A DNA stretch of 32,980 nt. Source: Kiritimatiellia bacterium. GTDB lineage: Bacteria > Verrucomicrobiota > Kiritimatiellia > CAIVKH01. The notes beneath the pieces are model-generated. The model made no database searches and was not told where the DNA came from. It was given only the letters and a program-made list of their open reading frames with translations. The stretch is from positions 1 to 32,980 of the forward strand of contig JBMTVS010000003.1 of NCBI GenBank assembly GCA_049451655.1, given 5' to 3'. The translations under genes and the position numbers were made by a program. This document shows, piece by piece, positions 26,553 to 32,980 of this stretch. Every line of letters starts with the position of its first letter. Within the stretch, counting starts at the first letter, position 1.

Positions 26553-28550
26553 ATGTTGAAAGCGCGTCATATAGGTTTCCGTTCCCTCTGTATTGTCCTA
26601 CCGCTGCTTGCGGTCATGCTGTTGTCGGCGTGTTCTGATCCGACGGGCGAACGCGATTTGAAGCGCGGCCTGCGCGAGTTGCGCCGGGAGAATTATCCTC
26701 GAGCCAAAGTATTGTTGGAGCGGGCTTTGGAGCAACGTCCGGGCCACCCTGATAACGCACCCGCTCACAACTACCTCGGGATCACCTTGTGGCGGCTCAA
26801 CCAGTTTGATGACGCCAGAAATGCATTCGAGGATAGTCGCCGGTTAAACCCTAATTTCGTCGAGCCCGTTTATAACCTTGGAGCACTCGCCGCTGAACGC
26901 GGTGATTTTCGCAACGCCGCGCGCTACCTGAACGAAGCCTCGGGCATGAACCGCGAGGATCCGCGCGCGCTGGAATATCTGGCCGGGCTGTATTTGCAAC
27001 GAAAGCAGTGGACACTGGCCCGCAATGCCCTTTACTCAGCCTTGGACCGGTCGCCTCGTTCACCCGGCATCTACAATGCGATCGCCGAGGCCCACGCCGG
27101 GCTCGATCAAATCGACGAGGCGGTCAAGGCGCTCATGTCCGCGTTGGAAATCGATAAGAATTTCGCGCCCGCGCTGCTGAATCTCGCGGTGCTTTATGAT
27201 CGTACGCTGGGTGACGCCGGCCAGGCGTCCGCCTATTACGAACGGTTTCTCGATCAGGCGCCGCGCGATCCCAGGGCGGGTGAAGCGCGTGCTGCCTTGC
27301 GTCGCGTTGAGAGGCTTGGCGCATACAAAACGATTAACGAGCAAGAGCAAGCACATGCATCAATTCCTCCGGCCAGCGTGGTTGAAATCGCCGAGCCAGC
27401 GCCGGCTGCCCGTCCTGATACAGGTAGTGAGCGCCCGGCGGAAACTCCGGAAGCGCCACCCGTTGCTCCCCGCGTTTCTGCTTACGATAACTTCATGAAG
27501 GAAGCATCAGACCGGGCGCGACGCGTTCAAATAAAGGAGGCCATGGACCTCTATCAACGTGCCGCCGATGCTGCCGCCGCCGAGCGTCGCGTTGATCTGG
27601 AAGAGAAAGCCTACCGCGAGGCCGCTCGCGTTGGCCTCGACCAGCCTCGCGCCCATGCCATGCTGGGTCAGCATCTCTACGACCGGGGTCTTTATAGCCA
27701 GGCTGGACGCTCCTTCCGCGCCGCCGCGACCATCAACCCCGAATACGCACCCGCCCAGCTCGGTTTGGCCCGCATCGCCGCGCGCGAGAACGAGGTGGAT
27801 GCCGCTGTGACGCATTACCGGCAAGCCATGGCCGCCGACCCGAAGTTGGCCGACGCATCGTGGGAACTTGCTCAGCTCTATGATAAGCAACTCGACTTAC
27901 CCGAAAATGCCGCCAAAGCCTACCGGAACTTCGCGGAAAAATTTCCGCGCGACGTCCGTCGAACCGTTGCGTTAAACAGAGCGGGAGAGTTGGCTCCCGC
28001 CCCGGAAGCGGTTACGCGTTCTCCTGCACCTTCCTCGACCGCTGCCACCGGTTCACTGATCGACTACCGACCGCCGGAAAATCCGAACCCCGCTGCCGCT
28101 GCCCAGGCCTTCGATCGCGGCGTGAATTACCAGAATCGTCAGGCTTGGGATCAGGCCATATTTTTCTATCTGCGCGCCCTCGAAAATGATGACCGTCAGT
28201 TTCGCACCTTCTATAATCTGGGGATTTGTCTAAGCATGACCGGCGAGCGTGCCGCCGCGAAGGAGGCTTACAACCGGGCGTTGCGGCTAAAACCTGACTT
28301 GCGCGATGCGCAGTACAATCTTGCCCTGCTGTTGCGCGAGGAAGGCGCAAACGAACAGGCCATAAGCCTGTTAAACGCCATTCTGCGTGCCGACGAAACC
28401 TACGCCGCGGCTCATTATTTGCTGGGTGCCATTTATGCGTCATCGCCACAGACCCTTGCCCAGGCTCGTCGGCACTATGAGCGCTTCGTAGCGCTTTCGC
28501 CCAACGATCGCTCGGCGGCGGTAATTCGCCAGTGGTTGAACAGCAACTAG
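26553..28550 (+). CDS. TPR-repeat lipoprotein
   Basis: Start ATG 26553 (the upstream part of the ORF is antisense to the exonuclease); lipobox LSAC; three TPR blocks separated by Pro/Ala linkers. Confidence 0.85.
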   Translation: MLKARHIGFRSLCIVLPLLAVMLLSACSDPTGERDLKRGLRELRRENYPRAKVLLERALEQRPGHPDNAPAHNYLGITLWRLNQFDDARNAFEDSRRLNPNFVEPVYNLGALAAERGDFRNAARYLNEASGMNREDPRALEYLAGLYLQRKQWTLARNALYSALDRSPRSPGIYNAIAEAHAGLDQIDEAVKALMSALEIDKNFAPALLNLAVLYDRTLGDAGQASAYYERFLDQAPRDPRAGEARAALRRVERLGAYKTINEQEQAHASIPPASVVEIAEPAPAARPDTGSERPAETPEAPPVAPRVSAYDNFMKEASDRARRVQIKEAMDLYQRAADAAAAERRVDLEEKAYREAARVGLDQPRAHAMLGQHLYDRGLYSQAGRSFRAAATINPEYAPAQLGLARIAARENEVDAAVTHYRQAMAADPKLADASWELAQLYDKQLDLPENAAKAYRNFAEKFPRDVRRTVALNRAGELAPAPEAVTRSPAPSSTAATGSLIDYRPPENPNPAAAAQAFDRGVNYQNRQAWDQAIFFYLRALENDDRQFRTFYNLGICLSMTGERAAAKEAYNRALRLKPDLRDAQYNLALLLREEGANEQAISLLNAILRADETYAAAHYLLGAIYASSPQTLAQARRHYERFVALSPNDRSAAVIRQWLNSN

Positions 28551-28555
28551 TCAAG

Positions 28556-30772
28556 ATGGATCAAGAACTTAGATCGGCCCCGGTCACGCACCTAAAGTGT
28601 TCGGCCTGCGGGCACGAGATGAATGTAGAGGGGCGCACGCCCTTTTCCACTGTGCCCTGCGCGGCTTGCGGCACCATGCTGACCGTGCCGGTAACGTTGG
28701 GTGCGTTCTTGTTGGTTGAACGCATGGGCACCGGCGGTATGGGCGCGGTTTATCGCGCCCTTGATACAGCGTTGAACCGCTTCGTGGCCATCAAGGTGAT
28801 GAAACCGGCCCTCGGCGAGGATGCGAAGCTTGTGAATAGCTTCATTCGCGAGGCGCAGGCCGCTGCCGCCCTGAACCATCCCAACATCGTGCAGATTTAT
28901 TCCTGCGGGCAGGAAAAGGGTCAACCCTACATTGTCATGGAGTTGGTGACCGGTGGCCGGATGGATAAGATGTTCAGCTGCGAGCGTCCCATGAAGGAGG
29001 TCGAGCTGTTAAAAATCGCGCTCGACGTGGCCGAAGGTTTAAAAGCAGCCGAAGCGGTGGGCCTGGTTCATGGCGACATCAAACCAGAAAACATCCTTAT
29101 TGATGGCGCCGGTACGGCTAAGATTGTGGATTTTGGCCTGGCGCAATTCGTAAATGCGCAAAAATCGCGCGGCGAAATCTGGGGTACGCCCTACTATATC
29201 TCCCCGGAGCGGGCGAGAGGGAAACCCGCCGATCATCGTTCCGACATCTACAGCCTTGGCGCGACGTTGTTTCACGCTTTGACCGGTCAGCCGCCGTTCG
29301 ATGGGAATACACCGGTGGATGTCGTTCTGGCCCGCCTCAAACAGCCTCCACCTGATCTTGCGGCAACTTGTCCGGGGCTACAGGTTGAGACCGTTGATTT
29401 GATCAATCGCATGATTGAGGCGGATCCCGCGCATCGTTTCCCTACTTCGACATCTTTGATTGGAAACACGCGTCGCGCACTGGAGGCTGCGAAAACCGCG
29501 GCGCAAGAGGCGAGCCATGCTAGGCCCAAAAAGCAAAATACCACCTCGATCGTCATTGCCGGTATCGCCGCGCTGGCGGTGGGTGCGCTGGGGGCCTGGT
29601 TGTTCACGCAAGCGGACGAAAAACAGGCAACGGCTCCGGTGGTTCGTTCCACCCCGGTCCCTCCGCCCGTGCCCGAGCAGCCGGTTGAACCAACGCCTCC
29701 GGAGCCTCCCCCTCCATTAAGGATGGCGACCATGACCTTGGGCGGGCCATACGGCGGGATGACGGTGAATGTACCGCTGGCTTTAGCTCAACAACTAGAG
29801 GGTCACTCAAATCTTGTCGAGGAGGCGAACTACAAGGACCGATTTCCGGGCTTGATCGAAAACGCGCGCCAGTTCGTGCAATTCGCCAATGCTCGCGACC
29901 GGGGTGATCTCGATCAGGCGAGACGCTTGCTGCAACAACTCCAACAATTGGATGCGCCGATTGAGTCCGGATTTCCTGCCTTACAGCCGTATCTGGAGGT
30001 CTGGCGACGAGCGATGTTGGCGTTAGAGGATGGACAACGCGCCGTCAGGGAGTCTGTTGCGGCGGGACAGCCGGATGAGGCGAGGCGCGCGCTCGCAACC
30101 TACCGGACTTTGTTGCCGGAAAAACTGGCGAGCGGGCTGGAAGGCGTGGAAGGTGAAATCGGCATCCTGGAGCAGCAACAGGAAGCGGCCCGGCGCGCGG
30201 AGGAAGCGCGGGCCTATCGCGAAATCGTGCAGCGGGATCTCGACCGTATTGACGCCAAGCTATCCGAATTACAATCGCATTTCATGCGACAACGCGATTT
30301 CCGGCGGGCCGCAATACTGCTCGATGGTTTGGCCGCTCAAATGGAAACCCAAGAGGGAAGAGAGACTGTGGCTTTAGCGGTAGAGAAATTGGAGCGCCTT
30401 GATGGCTTGAAACAATTCATCATGCGCTACGCAAACGGGCTCCCCTTCACGCGCGCGCTTGGCTCCGATCTGAATGGCGATGTTGTTGGGGCGACTTCGC
30501 TCGGCGTTCGGTTGACGATGGATGGCCGGTCATTGTTCACGTCGGGCTGGGATGAAATTCCACCGCTCAGCCTGGTGCGCATAGGCGACTTCTATGCCTC
30601 CAGCAAACGCCCACCCGACGAAGAGCGTGCCGGGGCCCTGGTCGGGCTGGCCTTGTACAGCTTGTTGAATGGAGCCTTCGAAGCGGCGCAAGCCTTCGCG
30701 CAGCGCGCGGTCGAGCTGCAGCCCGCTATAGCGACCGAGGTGAATCGATTGATGTCCGGACTTTTACCCTGA
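28556..30772 (+). CDS. Membrane Hanks-type Ser/Thr protein kinase with N-terminal zinc ribbon
   Basis: CSAC...CAAC; GTGGMGAVY, VAIK, HGDIKPEN, DFG, GTPYYISPE, DIYSLG; TM segment and Pro-rich linker. Confidence 0.92.
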   Translation: MDQELRSAPVTHLKCSACGHEMNVEGRTPFSTVPCAACGTMLTVPVTLGAFLLVERMGTGGMGAVYRALDTALNRFVAIKVMKPALGEDAKLVNSFIREAQAAAALNHPNIVQIYSCGQEKGQPYIVMELVTGGRMDKMFSCERPMKEVELLKIALDVAEGLKAAEAVGLVHGDIKPENILIDGAGTAKIVDFGLAQFVNAQKSRGEIWGTPYYISPERARGKPADHRSDIYSLGATLFHALTGQPPFDGNTPVDVVLARLKQPPPDLAATCPGLQVETVDLINRMIEADPAHRFPTSTSLIGNTRRALEAAKTAAQEASHARPKKQNTTSIVIAGIAALAVGALGAWLFTQADEKQATAPVVRSTPVPPPVPEQPVEPTPPEPPPPLRMATMTLGGPYGGMTVNVPLALAQQLEGHSNLVEEANYKDRFPGLIENARQFVQFANARDRGDLDQARRLLQQLQQLDAPIESGFPALQPYLEVWRRAMLALEDGQRAVRESVAAGQPDEARRALATYRTLLPEKLASGLEGVEGEIGILEQQQEAARRAEEARAYREIVQRDLDRIDAKLSELQSHFMRQRDFRRAAILLDGLAAQMETQEGRETVALAVEKLERLDGLKQFIMRYANGLPFTRALGSDLNGDVVGATSLGVRLTMDGRSLFTSGWDEIPPLSLVRIGDFYASSKRPPDEERAGALVGLALYSLLNGAFEAAQAFAQRAVELQPAIATEVNRLMSGLLP

Positions 30773-30804
30773 TGCGCTGATCTGCAGATAAAGGAGATAC
30801 GAAC

Positions 30805-31143
30805 ATGGACGAAACGACCTGCGCGCTGCGTGAAAAGAAATGCAATTCCTGCGAGGGCGGTATACCGCCGTTGGCGGATGACGATGTTCAACGCCTGCTC
30901 CCCGGAATTCCCGAATGGAAGCTCGAGGGCAAGGAGATCGCGCGGACCTTCAGCTTCAAGAACTACTACCAGACCGTTTCTTTCGTGAATGCCGCCGCCT
31001 GGATTGCCCACCGCGAGGATCATCATCCAGACATCAGCTTCGGCTACAAGACCTGCGCGATTCGCTACACCACTCACGCGGTAGGCGGATTGTCGGAAAA
31101 CGACTTTATCTGTGCCGCCAAGATCGACGCGCTATTGGGGTGA
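30805..31143 (+). CDS. phhB: Pterin-4-alpha-carbinolamine dehydratase
   Basis: CNSCEGG, EDHHPDI, YTTHAVGGLSENDFICAAKID; SD AAGGAG. Confidence 0.93.
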   Translation: MDETTCALREKKCNSCEGGIPPLADDDVQRLLPGIPEWKLEGKEIARTFSFKNYYQTVSFVNAAAWIAHREDHHPDISFGYKTCAIRYTTHAVGGLSENDFICAAKIDALLG

Positions 31144-31146
31144 TTG

Positions 31147-31797
31147 TTAAACCGCCGCATGCAGATAAAGCGGATTGAGGGGTTCCGGGTCGGCGTGATT
31201 CTCGAGGCGCAGCAGCGCGAGTGAAGCGACATCAAACGCGGCGGGATGCTGGCTTTCCTTGATCCAATTCGCCTGCGACAACTGTTCACGAATTTTTTCC
31301 AGCGCGGGCCAATGCGGGGTGGCAATGAGGCCGTCGCCGGTTAATTGGTTTACCGCCTCGTTTGCTGGAACAATTACCCAGCTGGTTGGCGTAGCACGAA
31401 GTTCATCCATCACGCAACGCCCCAGCCAGACCGAATCGCGTCGCGCATCGCCAATGATCGTAATGCGATTGATTTCATGTTCTCGCATCAGTCGAAACGC
31501 CAATGCGTCCATGCTGCTCAACGCCATCACCGGTGTGTGCGAAGGTGCCGCCAGCGCCTGGGCAGCGAGAAGGGAAGCGCGCAAGCCCGAATAGGCGCCG
31601 GGTCCCCGCCCGACTGCGATACGCTCGACATCATCGAAGCTCCAACCGCCCCGCTCCATCAGGCGCGCGATGTGATCGACGATGTTTTCATGACGGGCCC
31701 CGGCCGTCTCCCACGTTTGCTCGTGAATGAGGTCGCAGTTTTCCAGCAAAGCAATACTGGCCCGCACCGTGGAGCAGTCGAGGGCGAGTAGTTTCAT
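31147..31797 (-). CDS. tsaB: tRNA t6A biosynthesis protein TsaB
   Basis: MKLLALDCST, IAVGRGPGAYSGLR, DARR, LNPLYL; ATGA overlap with tsaE. Confidence 0.93.
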   Translation of the reverse strand: MKLLALDCSTVRASIALLENCDLIHEQTWETAGARHENIVDHIARLMERGGWSFDDVERIAVGRGPGAYSGLRASLLAAQALAAPSHTPVMALSSMDALAFRLMREHEINRITIIGDARRDSVWLGRCVMDELRATPTSWVIVPANEAVNQLTGDGLIATPHWPALEKIREQLSQANWIKESQHPAAFDVASLALLRLENHADPEPLNPLYLHAAV

Positions 31798-32237
31798 AGC
31801 GCCTCCGGTGGCGTGATCATAATGCGGCGTTGATCGGGCCTGTCGCCATGCTCGATGACCACGCGAATGGTGGCTGCGGGCAGTAGACCCTCGATCCGGT
31901 CCGCCCACTCGATGGCAGTGACACCATCGCCGGGCAGGTATTGATCGATTCCGATCTCCAGCGCATCAGCTTCGCCGCGCAGACGATAGAGATCGAGGTG
32001 ATAAAGCGGAAGGCGGCCTCCGGAATATTCGTTAATGAGAGTGAAGGTTGGGCTGTGTGCGCCGCCCTGGGTATCGAGTCCTCGAGCCAAGCCTTGTACC
32101 AGGCAGGTCTTTCCTGCGCCGAGATCGCCGTGTAAGGCGATGACGGTTCCCGCTGGCAATCGATGCGCCCACGCCATCGCCCACGCCATGGTCTCCTCCG
32201 GGCTGGTAGAGATGAAAGTCTTCGTCGTTTTCTTCAC
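31794..32237 (-). CDS. tsaE: tRNA t6A biosynthesis ATPase TsaE
   Basis: LHGDLGAGKT, SPTFTLINEY, YHLDLYRL, IEWAD; start placed at GTG 32237. Confidence 0.95.
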   Translation of the reverse strand: MKKTTKTFISTSPEETMAWAMAWAHRLPAGTVIALHGDLGAGKTCLVQGLARGLDTQGGAHSPTFTLINEYSGGRLPLYHLDLYRLRGEADALEIGIDQYLPGDGVTAIEWADRIEGLLPAATIRVVIEHGDRPDQRRIMITPPEAL

Positions 32238-32244
32238 GTGGGCA

Positions 32245-32273
32245 AGTATAGCGAGCCTGCTAACGCTGTACAA
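32245..32273 (-). promoter_or_regulatory. Sigma70 promoter for tsaE-tsaB (leaderless spacing)
   Basis: Minus strand TTGTAC-N17-TATACT-N7-GTG. Confidence 0.7.
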
Positions 32274-32318
32274 TTTGCGCTTCGGCTTTTTTCCCCATGG
32301 AGAACGTGGCCTGCTGCA

Positions 32319-32980
32319 TCAGGTGGCGGCATGTTTGCCAAGATGCCGGGCGAAGGCGTGCATGACCAGGAGGTGGAGGCGGGCCTGGGTGAGGATGTAG
32401 ATGAACCAGGGCAGCGAGGGACGAAATTCGTGGATGGCGGCGAGGACAGATTGGCCATCGCGGGTGACGCGAAACTCGAGTCGCCCGCGGTCATGGCGCG
32501 AGGCCAGCCAGCCGCCGGTGATGTAGAGAAGAACGCGGTCATCGCTACTACGCTCGCGGCTCAGTTCGAGTTCGAGTAGCACAGGTCGCGCGGCAAAAAC
32601 AGAAAAACGCACCCGCGCCCCGTCAACCTTCGCCTTAATGAAGGGGCTTAAATAGCGTGGCAACCATTGCAGGTATTGGTCCATCACCCATTGTGCATCG
32701 CGGCCGGGCGGAAGGGGAAGTCGTTGAATAGAGCGTACGGTTCCGCTGTTCGCCTTGAAGCGAAAAAACGAGCTACCGGGTTTGATTCTCAAGGACACCT
32801 CATCCAGCAGGTCGAAGTAGGACTTGTCCAGACCGGCACGGCTGAACAAATGATCCTCGCGTGCCACCATGGGATGCTCGAGCGATTCGACCAGAGGATA
32901 GACGAGATTTTTTGGTGTGTTGGTGATCAGGCTGACCCAGAGCCGGGAGAGGGTGGGGGTGAAGAAGGGCACGGGCAGGA
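32319..32980 (-). CDS. C-terminal part of a YbjT-like atypical SDR/NAD(P)-binding protein, truncated by the window edge
   Basis: PFFTPTLSRLWVSLIT...PLVESLEH resembles the YbjT-type SDR tail, followed by an SRPBCC-like region; frame open to the edge. Confidence 0.55.
   Translation of the reverse strand, partial: LPVPFFTPTLSRLWVSLITNTPKNLVYPLVESLEHPMVAREDHLFSRAGLDKSYFDLLDEVSLRIKPGSSFFRFKANSGTVRSIQRLPLPPGRDAQWVMDQYLQWLPRYLSPFIKAKVDGARVRFSVFAARPVLLELELSRERSSDDRVLLYITGGWLASRHDRGRLEFRVTRDGQSVLAAIHEFRPSLPWFIYILTQARLHLLVMHAFARHLGKHAAT

Noticed and set aside
30805-31143. Pterin dehydratase without phhA
   Set aside because: Orphan members of this family are common in bacteria
31798-31908. Longer N-terminus of tsaB in the ORF track
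   Set aside because: Overlaps tsaE; the family start MKLLALD is at 31797

Overview
Bacterial chromosomal window, GC-rich and gene-dense; PVC superphylum (Kiritimatiellota/Verrucomicrobia-like) is my inference from gene style, not proven. It is mostly housekeeping: fusA 3' end, tRNA-Gln(CUG), TPR proteins, a gspK-gspL-gspM-like trio, pdxB, an orphan MalK-type ATPase, a degenerate tandem-GGDEF protein, pdxJ, nnr, mfd, a cysteine desulfurase, dprA-topA, a DEDDh exonuclease, a TPR lipoprotein plus Ser/Thr kinase, a pterin dehydratase, tsaB-tsaE and a partial YbjT-like SDR. Four things stand out. (1) A five-gene divergon (16230-19615) has ssb followed by a protein resembling the plant Whirly ssDNA-binding family and a small secreted protein, opposite a very divergent sigma70-like gene coupled to an unknown partner. 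(2) A 10-mer, GGGGACAYAS, occurs at least 9 times, always in coding DNA; an inverted pair of it brackets a 26-aa in-frame insertion in the cysteine desulfurase. (3) TopA ends in three cysteine-free repeats instead of zinc ribbons. (4) Several genes appear leaderless. All family calls are by-eye motif recognition; no searches were run.
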